NCBI GenBank assembly: GCA_045593845.1
Contig: JAZNXK010000011.1
Coordinates: 97,198 to 161,197, forward strand
Origin: Alphaproteobacteria bacterium
Lineage (GTDB): Bacteria; Pseudomonadota; Alphaproteobacteria; RF32; CAG-239
DNA length: 64,000 nucleotides
Direction: 5' to 3'
In this document: positions 10,439 through 22,071 of the stretch, in pieces
How positions within the stretch are numbered: position 1 is the first letter of the stretch
Layout of the letters: each line of letters opens with the position of its first letter
Made by a program: the position numbers and the translations under genes
The notes under the pieces: model-generated
Databases searched by the model: none
Told to the model about the DNA's origin: nothing
What the model saw: only the letters and a program-made list of their open reading frames with translations

Positions 10439-11107
10439 ATGGGACAGAAAGCAAATCCTACAAGTCTTCGTTTGGGAGTTAACCGCACTTGGGACTCTCG
10501 TTGGTATGCAGATGAGAATTATGCTCAATATTTGCATGAAGACGTTAAAATTAAAGAATTCTTGAAAGAGAAACTGGCTCAAGCCGGAATCAGCAAGATT
10601 GTGATTGAGCGTCCTGCCAAAAAAGCCAGAGTAACCATACATTCGGCAAGACCGGGTATTGTTATCGGCAAGAAAGGACAAGATATCGAAGCTTTGAGAA
10701 AAGAAATTCAGGCTTTGACATCTTCGGAAGTTCAATTGAATATTTTGGAAGTAAGAAAACCGGAGTTGGATGCACAGCTTGTTGCTGACAGTGTTGCTCA
10801 ACAATTGGAAAGACGTATTGCTTTCCGCAGAGCTATGAAACGCGTTATGCAATCAGCATTGCGTTTGGGCGCTGAAGGAATTAAAGTAAGCTGCAGCGGT
10901 CGTTTGGGAGGGGCAGAAATTGCCAGAACCGAACAGTATCGTGAAGGTCGTGTTCCTTTGCACACATTGCGCGCTGATATTGATTATGCAACTTCGACTG
11001 CTCACACAACTTATGGTGCTTGTGGCGTTAAAGTTTGGATTTATAAGGGCGAAATTATGGCTCATGATCCGATGGCTCAAGACAAGAAGTTGGCTAGTAA
11101 CAAGTAA
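10439..11107 (+). CDS. rpsC: 30S ribosomal protein S3
   Basis: [33 protein letters not shown]. Confidence 0.98.
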   Translation: MGQKANPTSLRLGVNRTWDSRWYADENYAQYLHEDVKIKEFLKEKLAQAGISKIVIERPAKKARVTIHSARPGIVIGKKGQDIEALRKEIQALTSSEVQLNILEVRKPELDAQLVADSVAQQLERRIAFRRAMKRVMQSALRLGAEGIKVSCSGRLGGAEIARTEQYREGRVPLHTLRADIDYATSTAHTTYGACGVKVWIYKGEIMAHDPMAQDKKLASNK

Positions 11108-11126
11108 ACTTTGAGGTTATAAGAAA

Positions 11127-11555
11127 ATGTTAAGTCCAAAAAGATTAAAATTCCGCAAGCAACACAAAGGCCGTATTCACGGCTTGGCTAAAGGTGGTGC
11201 GGAATTGAGTTTCGGAGCATATGGATTGAAGGCTTTGACACCTGATCGTATTACAGCTCGCCAAATTGAGGCAGCTCGTCGTGCGATTACGCGTGAAATG
11301 AAAAGAGCCGGAAGAGTATGGATTCGAATTTTTCCAGATGTACCAGTATCTGATAAACCTGCCGAAGTTCGTATGGGTAAAGGTAAAGGTTCTATCGAAT
11401 ATTGGTGCGCCAGAGTAAAACCAGGCAGAATTATGTTTGAAATTGATGGTGTTCCAGAGGAAGTTGCAAGAACAGCTTTTGCTTTGGGTGCAGCCAAACT
11501 TCCAATTAAAACAAAGTTTGTAAAACGCCTTAATTCTGACCAAGGAGTAGCATAA
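11127..11555 (+). CDS. rplP: 50S ribosomal protein L16
   Basis: [28 protein letters not shown]. Confidence 0.98.
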   Translation: MLSPKRLKFRKQHKGRIHGLAKGGAELSFGAYGLKALTPDRITARQIEAARRAITREMKRAGRVWIRIFPDVPVSDKPAEVRMGKGKGSIEYWCARVKPGRIMFEIDGVPEEVARTAFALGAAKLPIKTKFVKRLNSDQGVA

Positions 11556-11556
11556 G

Positions 11557-11754
11557 ATGGCAAAAACAAAAGAACTTCGCAGTATGAGTGTTGATGAATT
11601 GGAAGCAAAATTGCTTGAAGCAAAAAAAGAGCAATTTAACTTGCGCGTTCAACATTCTACCGGACAGTTGCAAAATACTGCAAGTATGCGCAAAGTCCGT
11701 CGCGATATTGCAAAAATCAATACGCTTATAACAGAGCGTAAGAAGAATAGTTAG
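11557..11754 (+). CDS. rpmC: 50S ribosomal protein L29
   Basis: [18 protein letters not shown]. Confidence 0.96.
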   Translation: MAKTKELRSMSVDELEAKLLEAKKEQFNLRVQHSTGQLQNTASMRKVRRDIAKINTLITERKKNS

Positions 11755-11765
11755 GAGAAAAAGAT

Positions 11766-12005
11766 ATGCCTAAAAGAATTCTTCAAGGTGTTGTTGTTAG
11801 TGATAAGCAGGATAAAACCGTTGTCGTTAAAGTTGAACGTCAGGTTATGCACCCTGTTTATCGTAAATTCATTAAGAGAAGCAAAAAATATGCTGCTCAT
11901 GATGAGAATAATCAGTTTAAGATTGGTGATGAGGTTAGAATTATCGAATCTAAACCTTATTCAAAGACCAAGTCTTGGACAGTGTTAGTTGATAACGCCG
12001 AATAG
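11766..12005 (+). CDS. rpsQ: 30S ribosomal protein S17
   Basis: [29 protein letters not shown]. Confidence 0.97.
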   Translation: MPKRILQGVVVSDKQDKTVVVKVERQVMHPVYRKFIKRSKKYAAHDENNQFKIGDEVRIIESKPYSKTKSWTVLVDNAE

Positions 12006-12020
12006 AGAAGGAATAAAAAA

Positions 12021-12389
12021 ATGATACAAATGCAAACCAACTTGGATGTTGCTGATAATTCGGGCGCACGTCAAGTGCAGTGCATAAAGGTTCTGGGCGG
12101 TTCTAAAAGAATGCATGCAACCGTCGGTGATATAATCGTTGTTTCGATTAAAGATGCTCTGCCTAAAGGCCGTGTTAAGAAGGGCGATGTCCATAAAGCA
12201 GTTATCGTTCGCACAGCAAGTGATATTAGACGTAAAGACGGTTCAGTTATTCGTTTTGATTCTAATGCCGCTGTTCTGATTAACAAGGACGGAGAGCCGA
12301 TCGGAACTCGTATCTTTGGTCCTGTTACCAGGGAATTGCGTGCGAAGAAATTTATGAAGATAATTTCATTAGCACCGGAGGTATTGTAA
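12021..12389 (+). CDS. rplN: 50S ribosomal protein L14
   Basis: [28 protein letters not shown]. Confidence 0.98.
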   Translation: MIQMQTNLDVADNSGARQVQCIKVLGGSKRMHATVGDIIVVSIKDALPKGRVKKGDVHKAVIVRTASDIRRKDGSVIRFDSNAAVLINKDGEPIGTRIFGPVTRELRAKKFMKIISLAPEVL

Positions 12390-12709
12390 TGAACCTTAAG
12401 TTAAAAATTAAAAAAGGCGATCAGGTTATTGTTTTGTCAGGTGATGACAAAGGCAAAACCGGTGAGGTTGTAAAAGCTATGCCGAAAGAAGGTAAAGTTG
12501 TTGTTCAAGGCGTTAATTTGGTTAAACGTCATACAAAACCGAGCCAAACTTCTGCAGGCGGTATTTTGACCAAAGAAGCCCCAATTAATGTTTCTAAAGT
12601 TGCAATTGTTGATGCTAAAACAGGCAAAGGAACAAAAGTTGGATATAAAGAAGTTAACGGACGTAAGGTACGTTTTGCCCGTAAGTCCGGTGATGTAATC
12701 GATAAATAA
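12389..12709 (+). CDS. rplX: 50S ribosomal protein L24
   Basis: [22 protein letters not shown] motif. Confidence 0.97.
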   Translation: MNLKLKIKKGDQVIVLSGDDKGKTGEVVKAMPKEGKVVVQGVNLVKRHTKPSQTSAGGILTKEAPINVSKVAIVDAKTGKGTKVGYKEVNGRKVRFARKSGDVIDK

Positions 12710-12722
12710 GGGATTTTGAAAG

Positions 12723-13262
12723 ATGACAAATTTTGAAAAATTGTATAATGAAGTCATTAAGAAAGCTCTTGTGGAAAAATTCGGTTACAAGAATCCACAC
12801 GAGGTTCCTAAGTTGACTAAAATTGTCTTGAACATGGGCGTTGGTGACGCTGTGGCAGACAAAAAGAAATTGAACAATGCGGCTGATGAAATGAGTTTGA
12901 TTGCCGGACAAAAGGCTGTTATTACTCATGCTCGCAAGTCTATCGCTACTTTTAAGGTAAGAGAAGGCATGCCTTTGGGATGCAAAGTTACCTTGAGACG
13001 CGAAAAAATGTATGAATTCTTGGAGAGACTTGTAAATATGGCTTTACCGAGAATTAGAGACTTTCACGGTATTCAGGGAAAGAACTTTGATGGCAAAGGC
13101 AATTTTGCTTTTGGTATTAAGGAGCAAATTATTTTTCCGGAAATCAACTACGAAAAGGTTGATGCTGTTCGCGGTATGGATATTGTAATCTGCACATCAG
13201 CAAAAACCAACGAAGAAGCAAAAATGCTTCTGACCAGTTTTAACCTACCGATTAAGAACTAA
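12723..13262 (+). CDS. rplE: 50S ribosomal protein L5
   Basis: [25 protein letters not shown]. Confidence 0.98.
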   Translation: MTNFEKLYNEVIKKALVEKFGYKNPHEVPKLTKIVLNMGVGDAVADKKKLNNAADEMSLIAGQKAVITHARKSIATFKVREGMPLGCKVTLRREKMYEFLERLVNMALPRIRDFHGIQGKNFDGKGNFAFGIKEQIIFPEINYEKVDAVRGMDIVICTSAKTNEEAKMLLTSFNLPIKN

Positions 13263-13276
13263 GCGGGAGAGATAAT

Positions 13277-13582
13277 ATGGCAAAAACAAGTTCAATTTAT
13301 AGAAACTTAAAAAGGGTTGCAAAAACACAAAAATTTGCTGCAAGACGCGGTAAATTGGTTGCTGCAATCAAAGATAAAAATACCTCTCCTGAAGAACGTT
13401 TCAAGATGGTATTGAAGTTGGCAGAATTGCCGCGCAGTTCTTCAAAGGTTCGTATCAAGAATCGTTGTGAGAACACCGGTCGTTCACGCGGGGTATATCG
13501 CAAATTTAGGCTTTGCCGTAACGAATTGAGAAGAATGGCAGGCTTCGGCGAAATCCCCGGTTTGGTTAAATCAAGCTGGTAG
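13277..13582 (+). CDS. rpsN: 30S ribosomal protein S14, long form
   Basis: [26 protein letters not shown]. Confidence 0.97.
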   Translation: MAKTSSIYRNLKRVAKTQKFAARRGKLVAAIKDKNTSPEERFKMVLKLAELPRSSSKVRIKNRCENTGRSRGVYRKFRLCRNELRRMAGFGEIPGLVKSSW

Positions 13583-13596
13583 TAGGAGGTTTTTAG

Positions 13597-13995
13597 ATGT
13601 CTATGTCTGATCCTTTGGGCGATATGCTCACACGCATTAGAAACGCACAAAGCGCGAAGAAAAAGGAAGTTGTTTCTCCTGCTTCTCGCCTGCGTGAAAG
13701 TGTTTTGGAAGTTTTGAAAAAAGAAGGCTATATCTTGGGTTATGAGAGATATAATGTAAAAGCCGGTATTGATGAACTTCGTATTAAATTGAAGTACTTT
13801 GAAGGTGCTTCTGTAATTAAAGAAATTTACCGCGTATCAACTCCGGGACGTCGCGTTTATTCAAGCGTGAAAGATTTGCCGAGAGTATATAACGGCTTGG
13901 GTATTTCCATTGTTTCTACTCCGCAGGGAGTTATGAGTGACAGTGATGCTCGCAAAGCTAATGTCGGTGGTGAAATTCTTTGTCAGGTATTTTAA
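13597..13995 (+). CDS. rpsH: 30S ribosomal protein S8
   Basis: [28 protein letters not shown]. Confidence 0.98.
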   Translation: MSMSDPLGDMLTRIRNAQSAKKKEVVSPASRLRESVLEVLKKEGYILGYERYNVKAGIDELRIKLKYFEGASVIKEIYRVSTPGRRVYSSVKDLPRVYNGLGISIVSTPQGVMSDSDARKANVGGEILCQVF

Positions 13996-14007
13996 GGGAG
14001 AATTGGT

Positions 14008-14547
14008 ATGTCTAGAGTTGGAAAATATCCAGTTGTTATCCCTGCCGGTGTTGAAGTTAAAATTGAAAATAATACGGTTATTGCAAAAGGTAAAAACGGT
14101 GAATTGTCTTTTTCTTTTGACGATAGCCATGTCAGCACCAAATTGGAAGAAAACAAAATTGTGGTTACTCCGTTGAGTCAATCACAACAAGCCAGAGCTT
14201 TGTGGGGAACAACCAGAGCCCAAATAAATTCTATTGTTAAAGGTGTAAGCGAAGGCTTTACCAAGCAATTGGAATTGATTGGTGTAGGTTATAAAGCCAG
14301 ATTGGAAGGCTCAAATAAGTTGGTATTATCTTTAGGTTTTTCACACGAAGTTGTGTTTATGGCACCGGAAGGTATTAAGATTACTTGTGTATCTCCGACA
14401 CAGTTGACAGTGTTCGGCGCTAATAAACAACTTGTCGGACAGGTTGCCGATAAGATTCGCGAATATAGAAAACCAGAACCTTACAAGGGAAAAGGTGTAA
14501 GATATACTGATGAATATGTTCGTCGTAAAGAAGGCAAGAAGAAATAA
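14008..14547 (+). CDS. rplF: 50S ribosomal protein L6
   Basis: MSRVGKYPV, RKPEPYKGKGVRY. Confidence 0.98.
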   Translation: MSRVGKYPVVIPAGVEVKIENNTVIAKGKNGELSFSFDDSHVSTKLEENKIVVTPLSQSQQARALWGTTRAQINSIVKGVSEGFTKQLELIGVGYKARLEGSNKLVLSLGFSHEVVFMAPEGIKITCVSPTQLTVFGANKQLVGQVADKIREYRKPEPYKGKGVRYTDEYVRRKEGKKK

Positions 14548-14559
14548 GGAATAAGTCTG

Positions 14560-14922
14560 ATGAATACATCAAGAAAATTGTTTAAGAAAAGACAAGCCCG
14601 CGTTAGAACAGCTTTGAGAAACGCTGCAAACGGCAAGATGAGATTGTCGGTTTTTCGCAGCGGTAAGCATATCTACGCACAAATCATCGACGATGTTAAA
14701 GGCGCAACTGTTGCTTCTGCTTCTACTTTGGATAAAGAAGTCAGAACAAATGTTCAAAAAACTTCAACGGTTGCAGCTGCCACTGTAATTGGTAAAACTG
14801 TTGCCGAAAGAGCTTTGAAAGCAGGTGTAAGCGAGGTTATTTTTGACCGCGGCGGGTACATTTATCATGGCCGTGTAAAGGCTTTGGCTGATGCAGCTCG
14901 TGAAGCTGGTTTGAAATTCTAA
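14560..14922 (+). CDS. rplR: 50S ribosomal protein L18
   Basis: [35 protein letters not shown]. Confidence 0.98.
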   Translation: MNTSRKLFKKRQARVRTALRNAANGKMRLSVFRSGKHIYAQIIDDVKGATVASASTLDKEVRTNVQKTSTVAAATVIGKTVAERALKAGVSEVIFDRGGYIYHGRVKALADAAREAGLKF

Positions 14923-14932
14923 GGAGATTGAT

Positions 14933-15496
14933 ATGACACAAGCTTTAGATCGTCGTAAAACAGAAAAGAAAGAAGAATTGGTTGAGAGACTGGTTCATAT
15001 TAATCGTGTAGCTAAAACCGTTAAAGGTGGTCGCACAATGTCTTTTGCTGCTGTTGTTGTAGTAGGAGATCAAAAAGGCCGCGTTGGTTTCGGTTCAGGT
15101 AAAGCTGCTGAAGTTCCTGAAGCTATTACCAAAGCTACAAATGAAGCAAAAAAGAATATGGTCCGTATTCCTTTGCGTGAAGGCAGAACATTGCACCATG
15201 ACATTCATGGTCGTTTTGGAGCAGGAAAAGTTATTTTGAGAACAGCTCCTGCCGGTACCGGTGTTATTGCCGGTGGTCCTATGCGTGCTATATTCGAAGT
15301 TTTGGGTGTGCAAGATGTGGTTGCAAAATCTTTGGGTTCAAATAATCCATACAATATGATTAAAGCCACTTTCAATGCCTTGACTTCGATTAATTCGCCG
15401 AGAATGGTTGCCGCCAAAAGAGGCAAAAAAGTTGGCGATATTGTCAGCCGCAGAGAAGGTTCTGTCAGCGCAAAAGTAGAGAAAGAGGAGGCTTAA
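14933..15496 (+). CDS. rpsE: 30S ribosomal protein S5
   Basis: [23 protein letters not shown]. Confidence 0.98.
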   Translation: MTQALDRRKTEKKEELVERLVHINRVAKTVKGGRTMSFAAVVVVGDQKGRVGFGSGKAAEVPEAITKATNEAKKNMVRIPLREGRTLHHDIHGRFGAGKVILRTAPAGTGVIAGGPMRAIFEVLGVQDVVAKSLGSNNPYNMIKATFNALTSINSPRMVAAKRGKKVGDIVSRREGSVSAKVEKEEA

Positions 15497-15499
15497 TCG

Positions 15500-15682
15500 A
15501 TGGCTAAAAAAACGATAAAAGTTAAGCAAATCGGCAGTGCAATCGGTCGTCCCGCTAAACAAGAAGCTATCCTTATCGGACTTGGCTTGAACAAAATGAA
15601 CAAGGTTGTCGAGCTGGAAGATACCGCCGCAATCAGAGGAATGATCAATAAAATTCCTCATTTGGTTCAAATAGTAGATTAA
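15500..15682 (+). CDS. rpmD: 50S ribosomal protein L30
   Basis: [26 protein letters not shown]. Confidence 0.96.
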   Translation: MAKKTIKVKQIGSAIGRPAKQEAILIGLGLNKMNKVVELEDTAAIRGMINKIPHLVQIVD

Positions 15683-15748
15683 TCTGTTGGGTGGGCGACT
15701 TTGTTTTTTTTGAAGTCGTCTGCCTGATAAAAATGTTAGGTGAAGAAA

Positions 15749-16204
15749 ATGAAACTTAATGAATTAAAAGACAACTATGGAGCAACCAAAAATCGCATTC
15801 GCGTAGGTCGCGGTATTGGTAGTGGTAAGGGTAAAACCTCCAGCCACGGTCAAAAAGGACAAAAAGCTCGCAGCGGTGTTGCTATCAATGGTTTTGAAGG
15901 CGGACAAATGCCAATTTACCGCAGATTGCCGAAACGTGGTTTTAAGAATCCGTTTGCTAAAGTTTTTGCGGTTGTTAATTTGGATAGTTTGCAGAAGGCT
16001 ATTGATGCCGGTAAATTAAATGCTGAAAATGTTGATTTGGAAGCTTTGAATAAAGCCGGTTTGGTTAACAAGGCTCATGACGGTGTTCGTTTGTTGGCAC
16101 GCGGTGCTGTTAATACTGCGGTCAATATCTCGGTTAATTCTGCATCTAAAGCAGCGGTTGCTTTGGTAGAAAAAGCCGGCGGCAAAGTCAATATTGTTGA
16201 CTAA
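15749..16204 (+). CDS. rplO: 50S ribosomal protein L15
   Basis: [31 protein letters not shown]. Confidence 0.98.
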   Translation: MKLNELKDNYGATKNRIRVGRGIGSGKGKTSSHGQKGQKARSGVAINGFEGGQMPIYRRLPKRGFKNPFAKVFAVVNLDSLQKAIDAGKLNAENVDLEALNKAGLVNKAHDGVRLLARGAVNTAVNISVNSASKAAVALVEKAGGKVNIVD

Positions 16205-16227
16205 AAAATAGTTGCTTAAATAGAATG

Positions 16228-16257
16228 AAAAAAGAGCAGTCGAAAGACTGCTCTTTT
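16228..16257 (+). terminator. Terminator ending the ribosomal protein cluster
   Basis: aaaagagcagtc-gaaa-gactgctctttt. Confidence 0.85.
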
Positions 16258-16345
16258 GGTTTTGAAAAAATCTTATTTTTTTGCTTTGTGTTAACTTTTT
16301 TGGGATAGACTTTGGGAAGAAAAAATCAGATTGGAGGAAGGTAAA

Positions 16346-17311
16346 ATGATACCAGCAAAATTACATTCGGGTTCGCACATAAGAGTTATTGCGCCATCAC
16401 GTAGTATGGCGCTTATAAAAGAAGATTGTCGCAAAATTGCCAATGAACGATTAGCAAAGTTAGGGTTGACTGTTTCGTATGGTAAAAATGTTGAGAAATG
16501 TGACGAGATGTTATCTTCTTCTATAAAGTTGCGTGCGGATGATTTGAATGAGGCTTTTGCAGATAAATCCGTGGATGCAATTTTGACGGTTATCGGCGGT
16601 GTTAATTGTATGGAGATTTTGGACTATCTTGATTATGATTTAATAAAGAAAAATCCGAAAATTTTTTGCGGTTTTTCTGATATTACAGCCCTTAGTAATG
16701 CAATATATGCAAAGACAGGATTGGTTACTTATTCAGGGCCTCATTTTTCAAGTTTTGGGATGCTGAAAGGTTTTGACTATACGTTAGAGTATTTTCAAAA
16801 ATGTCTTATGCAAGATAAGCCTTTTGAGCTAAAGGCTTCTGCTGAATGGTCTGATGATCCATGGTTTAGAGATCAAGAGAACCGCAATTTTATTAAAAAT
16901 GACGGATATTGGCTCTTGAATAAAGGCAAGGCTGAAGGGCGTATGGTCGGTGGAAATTTGGGACTTCTGGATGAATTGAAGGGCACACCATATTTTCCGG
17001 ATATTAAAGATTGTATTTTATTTTTGGAGCATTGTTCGGAAGATGCTCTCTGGGCATTTAATCGCAGTTTGGAGGCTTTAATGCTGCATCCTGATTTTGT
17101 GACGGTAAAAGCGGTGGTATTCGGCAGATTTGAGCCGGAGCATAAAGTGACCAGAGAAGTGCTGGAGAAAATTTTGGCGAATAAAAAAGAACTGAAAAAC
17201 ATTCCGGTGATTGCTAATGTTGATTTTGGGCATACAACTCCGATTATAACTTTTCCGGTTGGCGGAAAGTGCCTAATCGACGGCGATAAAATTGAATTAT
17301 TGGAATTTTAA
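16346..17311 (+). CDS. Peptidase S66 / LD-carboxypeptidase (MccF-like)
   Basis: IAPS, GFSDITAL, GGNL, LFLE, DFGHTTP catalytic motifs. Confidence 0.92.
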   Translation: MIPAKLHSGSHIRVIAPSRSMALIKEDCRKIANERLAKLGLTVSYGKNVEKCDEMLSSSIKLRADDLNEAFADKSVDAILTVIGGVNCMEILDYLDYDLIKKNPKIFCGFSDITALSNAIYAKTGLVTYSGPHFSSFGMLKGFDYTLEYFQKCLMQDKPFELKASAEWSDDPWFRDQENRNFIKNDGYWLLNKGKAEGRMVGGNLGLLDELKGTPYFPDIKDCILFLEHCSEDALWAFNRSLEALMLHPDFVTVKAVVFGRFEPEHKVTREVLEKILANKKELKNIPVIANVDFGHTTPIITFPVGGKCLIDGDKIELLEF

Positions 17312-17317
17312 TGAAAA

Positions 17318-19324
17318 TTACTCGTTGACAAACATGGCGTTGTTGTAAATGCGCATGGCGAGTTTTTCGAGGTTTTTGATTTTATCGCGATAAATGACAG
17401 CTTGTTCAAAGTCGAGATTGGTGGCGGCTTCTTTCATCAATTTAGTGCATTCTTTAATTTGCTTTTCAATATCTTTTGCATCGCCGGCATTGATGGGTTC
17501 TTCTTTGGCATAGTCTGTTTCACTCATTTCGCGTAAAGTTGAAGAAATGCTTTTCTTTATGGTTTGAGGAGTTATGCCGTGTTCAAGATTGTAACGCAGT
17601 TGTTTGTCACGACGGCGGTTGGTTTCATCCAAGGCTTCTTGTATAGATTTGGTCATTTTGTCGGCATATAAAATCACACGACTTTGGGCATTGCGGGCTG
17701 CACGACCAATAGTTTGAATTAAGGAGCGAGTAGAACGCAAAAAGCCTTCTTTGTCGGCATCTAGAATGGCAACAAGTGAACATTCGGGAATATCCAAACC
17801 TTCGCGCAAAAGGTTTATGCCAACCAAAACATCAAAAATACCAAGCCGTAGGTCGCGAATTATTTCTATACGCTCCAAAGTATCAATATCAGAGTGCATA
17901 TAGCGGACTTTTATGCCATTTTCATTCAAATATTCGGTCAAGTCTTCTGCCATTTTTTTGGTTAATGTGGTAACTAATACACGCTCTTTTTTAGCAATTA
18001 TTTTTTGACATTCCGCCATAAGGTCGTCAATTTGATTTTCGACGGGGCGAACAAGACAAACAGGATCGGTCAGTCCGGTCGGGCGAATAACCTGCTCGGC
18101 AAAACTACCGTGGCTTTGTTCTAATTCCCAATCACCCGGAGTAGCAGAAACAAAAATAGTTTGCGGGCGCATTTTTTCCCATTCTTCAAATTTTAGCGGG
18201 CGATTATCCAAACAAGACGGCAAACGGAATCCGTATTGAGCAAGTGTAGATTTTCGATTACGGTCACCACGGAACATTCCGCCGATTTGGGGGACTGATA
18301 TGTGGCTTTCATCAATAAAGAGAAGGGCATCTTCCGGCAGATATTCAAACAAAGTCGGAGGAGGTTCGCCGGGAGCTCTTCCGGTTAAATAACGAGAATA
18401 GTTTTCAATACCCTTACAGTGATTGGTGGTTTCCAACATTTCTAAATCGAATCTAGTTCGTTGCTCAAGCCGTTGAGCTTCAAGCAGCTGATTATTTTGA
18501 CGGTATATAGCAAGTTGAGTTTCTAAATCTTTTTTGATGTTGACAATTGCTTGTGATAGTGTTGGGCGAGGGGTTACATAGTGACTTGCTGGATAAACAA
18601 CAACTCTTTCCAAATCGAGAATTTTTTTGCCGGTTAATGAATCAAACTCATAAATATTTTCTATTTCATCGCCAAAGAAAGATATTCTCCACGCGCGGTC
18701 CTCATAGTGAGCGGGAAAAATATCTAAAGTGTCGCCTTGCAGGCGAAAGGTGGTGCGAACAAAATTTTGTTGGTTGCGTTCATATTGAAGTTCTGCCAAG
18801 CGACGGCATACTTCGGTAATTTCAATTTCCATTCCAGTTTTCAGTTCACAGGTCATGGCGGAATATGAGGCAACGTCACCAAGACCATAGATGCACGAGA
18901 CAGAGGCGACAATTATAACATCACGATTTTCCAGAATACTTCTGGTTGCAGAGTTACGCATGCGGTCAATTTGTTCATTGATGGCGGAATCTTTTTCGAT
19001 ATATGTATCGGTTTTCGGAACGTATGCTTCTGGCTGATAATAGTCGTAATAAGAAACAAAATATTCGACATGATTATTGGGAAAAAATTCTTTCATTTCA
19101 CTGTAAAGCTGTGCGGCAAGAATTTTGTTGGGGGCCATAATTAAAGTCGGGCGCTGGCATTTTTCGATAATTTTTGCCATAGTGAAAGTTTTTCCGGAGC
19201 CGGTAACACCTAATAAGACCTGGTCTTTCAATCCCTGATTTATACCATTACAAAGATTTTCTATTGCTTGGGGTTGATCTCCCGCCGGTTCAAAAGGACT
19301 TACAATTTTGAATTCGTTTTCCAT
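17318..19324 (-). CDS. uvrB: Excinuclease ABC subunit B
   Basis: [34 protein letters not shown]. Confidence 0.98.
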   Translation of the reverse strand: MENEFKIVSPFEPAGDQPQAIENLCNGINQGLKDQVLLGVTGSGKTFTMAKIIEKCQRPTLIMAPNKILAAQLYSEMKEFFPNNHVEYFVSYYDYYQPEAYVPKTDTYIEKDSAINEQIDRMRNSATRSILENRDVIIVASVSCIYGLGDVASYSAMTCELKTGMEIEITEVCRRLAELQYERNQQNFVRTTFRLQGDTLDIFPAHYEDRAWRISFFGDEIENIYEFDSLTGKKILDLERVVVYPASHYVTPRPTLSQAIVNIKKDLETQLAIYRQNNQLLEAQRLEQRTRFDLEMLETTNHCKGIENYSRYLTGRAPGEPPPTLFEYLPEDALLFIDESHISVPQIGGMFRGDRNRKSTLAQYGFRLPSCLDNRPLKFEEWEKMRPQTIFVSATPGDWELEQSHGSFAEQVIRPTGLTDPVCLVRPVENQIDDLMAECQKIIAKKERVLVTTLTKKMAEDLTEYLNENGIKVRYMHSDIDTLERIEIIRDLRLGIFDVLVGINLLREGLDIPECSLVAILDADKEGFLRSTRSLIQTIGRAARNAQSRVILYADKMTKSIQEALDETNRRRDKQLRYNLEHGITPQTIKKSISSTLREMSETDYAKEEPINAGDAKDIEKQIKECTKLMKEAATNLDFEQAVIYRDKIKNLEKLAMRIYNNAMFVNE

Positions 19325-19325
19325 G

Positions 19326-19823
19326 CTATGCTTGGCCGGCAGTTTCCATTAGAATCGGGTATAGTGCTTGTGCGGGATCCATTCCTTTGGTGAGCACAAC
19401 CTTAAAAATAGGATACATTCTCTCACATTCCTTAACGGCAATGTCGAAAATTTGGATAATCTGTTTATCGAATCGTGGATTTTGTTCATTACAAAAAACC
19501 GAATGGCGAAATACCGGCATTTTTTGTTCGGCCCAATAAGAAAAATGTCCTACCCAAAGATTTTCGTTGATTAGTGCCAGTAATTCAAAAATTTTACTTT
19601 TGTTTTCGATTTGATTTTCAATGTTCATCAAGCAGGAAATATGGAGACAGCGCATATTTTCTTCAAAAGAGAAAAAGACCAGCATATCATTCCATTTTCC
19701 TTGAATTTCAACCACAATTTCATTTGGGCTGCGGCGCTCCAGAGTATAGGAGTGCGCATTGAGAAAAGTCTCAATTTGGTCGATAGGATTAGGTGCAGGC
19801 ACTATATTTGCAGCCAGATTCAT
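19326..19823 (-). CDS. YbjN domain protein
   Basis: [34 protein letters not shown]; start chosen after GGGAG Shine-Dalgarno. Confidence 0.8.
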   Translation of the reverse strand: MNLAANIVPAPNPIDQIETFLNAHSYTLERRSPNEIVVEIQGKWNDMLVFFSFEENMRCLHISCLMNIENQIENKSKIFELLALINENLWVGHFSYWAEQKMPVFRHSVFCNEQNPRFDKQIIQIFDIAVKECERMYPIFKVVLTKGMDPAQALYPILMETAGQA

Positions 19824-20064
19824 ACATAACTCCCGAAACACGGTTGATTTAAAATGACAATCTTATTGTTAACATTTTAGAATCGAAAAAAAAATCGGGC
19901 TGTTAAGTTTTCCACCTTAATTTATTTTTTAAAAAATTAGCTGGAAAATAAAATTTATGAAAATCAATAAGTTATATAAGTAGCGTTGAATATTTTTTTT
20001 TAAATGTGGATATGTGCGGTAAAGTTAATATACTGTTTACTAATTAGTTTTTAGCGGAGGTTTA

Positions 20065-20856
20065 ATGATTGGTTTTGATTTTCCGGCGGTGTCTCCGGTT
20101 GCTTTTTCAATCGGCGCTTTGATGATAAGATGGTATTCTTTGGCATATTTATTCGGAATTATTGCGGCATGGTTGCTGGTTCTGCATATGATTAAAAAAT
20201 ATAATTTATCTCTTTCAAAGCAGCAGGTTGAAGATGCTGTATTTTATACTACGCTTGGTATTATTCTCGGTGGCAGATTGGGATATGTGTTGTTTTACGG
20301 AGGAAACTATTTTTGGCATCATCCTTTGCAAATATTGGCGATTTGGCATGGTGGAATGTCTTTTCACGGAGGAGCTGTCGGAGCTGTACTCGGACTTTTA
20401 TACACCTCATATTCACGTAAGGTAAGTTTTTGGTTGTTGGCTGATTTGGCTGCATTATTTGCTCCGATAGGATTATTTTTAGGGAGAATCGCCAATTTTA
20501 TTAATGATGAGTTGTGGGGCAGAGTTACGGATTTGCCATGGGCAGTGCGTTTTCCGAGCGGTGGAGGTTTACCAAGGCATCCCTCACAATTATATGAAGC
20601 ATTTTTGGAAGGGGTAGTTATTTTTGCGGTTTTAAATATTCTTTGGCGAATTCCGAAAATCAGAGAAAAAAGAGGAACGGTTTCTGCATTGTTTGTTTTG
20701 ATGTATGCGGTGTTTCGTTTCTTGGTAGAGTATGTGAGGGAGCCGGACGAACAATTAGGATTTTTGTGGCTCGGACTAACCATGGGACAATGGCTTTCAG
20801 TGCCGGTATTTTTGTTAGGAGTTTGTTTGGTTTTTGTTTTTTGTTTTTTATTTTAA
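20065..20856 (+). CDS. lgt: Prolipoprotein diacylglyceryl transferase
   Basis: GGRLGYVLFY, GGMSFHGG, GRIANFIN, RHPSQLYEA. Confidence 0.97.
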   Translation: MIGFDFPAVSPVAFSIGALMIRWYSLAYLFGIIAAWLLVLHMIKKYNLSLSKQQVEDAVFYTTLGIILGGRLGYVLFYGGNYFWHHPLQILAIWHGGMSFHGGAVGAVLGLLYTSYSRKVSFWLLADLAALFAPIGLFLGRIANFINDELWGRVTDLPWAVRFPSGGGLPRHPSQLYEAFLEGVVIFAVLNILWRIPKIREKRGTVSALFVLMYAVFRFLVEYVREPDEQLGFLWLGLTMGQWLSVPVFLLGVCLVFVFCFLF

Positions 20857-22031
20857 GCCCGAGAAGTAATGTTTTGTGTAAATTTGTAAGTTTTTTGCAA
20901 AACACGATGTGCTCTTATGAATACACTGTTTACATTATTGTCACTGCGTTTTTTATCGGTAACACTGCAAGATACGGTTATTTTTAAGGGCTTTTTTATT
21001 TTGCTCAAGATGAAATCTGATGCGGCAATTTGTCGGCGAATTTCATCAACCTTTGCGAAAGATGTTCCCTTTTCGGCATTGAGAAATATTATTATAAATT
21101 CGTCGGGAGTGCATCGATATATTTGGGCTTCCGGCTCCATAAGAGAAATTTTTTTTCCAAGCATTTGCATAATGTTGTAAACTTCATTTTTATGAAAAGC
21201 CTGCAAAAGATGTTTGTAGTCATCTATACAAATAATTCCGAGACCATATTTCAAGGGCAGTTTTTTGGATTTTTGTTCAAAAGTGTTAGCATTGTCAAAA
21301 CCGGTTGCCATATCTTTGTGAGTAATGAATAAAAGGTGTTGTATAATACTGATAAGAGTTATAAGTGCTCCACAAGCAAAAAACAGCGCAAAACCTGATG
21401 ATTGCGGGGACAAGTATAATCCGATTGCTATTGATGCAAAGGCAAAAGTAAGTCCCATGTTCAGGATATTGTTGAAAACGGACGCATGCAAGAGCATGGT
21501 AAAAAAGGCGCAGATGAATAAGAATAAACCGAAGAGCTGTAAACCTATGCCAAAGTTTGTCGGTGTGGAAATATTTAATTTTATTCCGGTCTCGCTTAAG
21601 ATTTCGCCGAGAGAAAAACCTAATAAAATTAAGAAAACAAATTTTAAGGTTTCGTGAGAAAAGAAAGGATGATTGGGGAGAAAATAAAAAAGTAACATTC
21701 CCGAACAGCCTAAAAAAATCAGATTGTAGTAGGCTGGCGAAAGATAAAATATAATCCCGTAAGTATGTTTGAGATAATTTATCAGCATATAAGTCAGCAG
21801 AGTGCATATAACAAAAAATAAAGGTTGATTACTGTTGTTTTTTGCTAAAAGAATAATACTGCAAAAGCTGAATATATAAAAAAGAATGTGAATTATTTGT
21901 TTTATTATCGGCTCGAAAGGGCTAAAAAACATAAATGAACATACTGCAACAAGCAGTATGCCGGCGGGCAACCAAGAATGGCGCATCAAGGGGAAAAATT
22001 CCCGTAGGCAGTTAGTATATTTTTTCAGCAA
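20853..22031 (-). CDS. Membrane protein with a degenerate GGDEF domain
   Basis: About 8 TM segments then KDMATGFDN...IDDYK...YRCTPDEF...ITVSCSV. Confidence 0.8.
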   Translation of the reverse strand: MLKKYTNCLREFFPLMRHSWLPAGILLVAVCSFMFFSPFEPIIKQIIHILFYIFSFCSIILLAKNNSNQPLFFVICTLLTYMLINYLKHTYGIIFYLSPAYYNLIFLGCSGMLLFYFLPNHPFFSHETLKFVFLILLGFSLGEILSETGIKLNISTPTNFGIGLQLFGLFLFICAFFTMLLHASVFNNILNMGLTFAFASIAIGLYLSPQSSGFALFFACGALITLISIIQHLLFITHKDMATGFDNANTFEQKSKKLPLKYGLGIICIDDYKHLLQAFHKNEVYNIMQMLGKKISLMEPEAQIYRCTPDEFIIIFLNAEKGTSFAKVDEIRRQIAASDFILSKIKKPLKITVSCSVTDKKRSDNNVNSVFIRAHRVLQKTYKFTQNITSRA

Positions 22032-22071
22032 TTTTATTCCTTTCAGAATGCGTATTATAAAATCGATAAGT

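Noticed and set aside
16346-17311. Microcin C biosynthesis or immunity cluster
   Set aside because: The S66 peptidase stands alone with no mccA or mccB-like genes.
19850-20060. Possible replication origin: IHF consensus aatcaataagtta at 19962-19974, DnaA-box-like tgtggatat and ttttccacc, AT-rich
   Set aside because: The boxes are imperfect and few, no strand-composition switch is apparent by eye, and there are no origin-associated genes; a divergent promoter region explains it.
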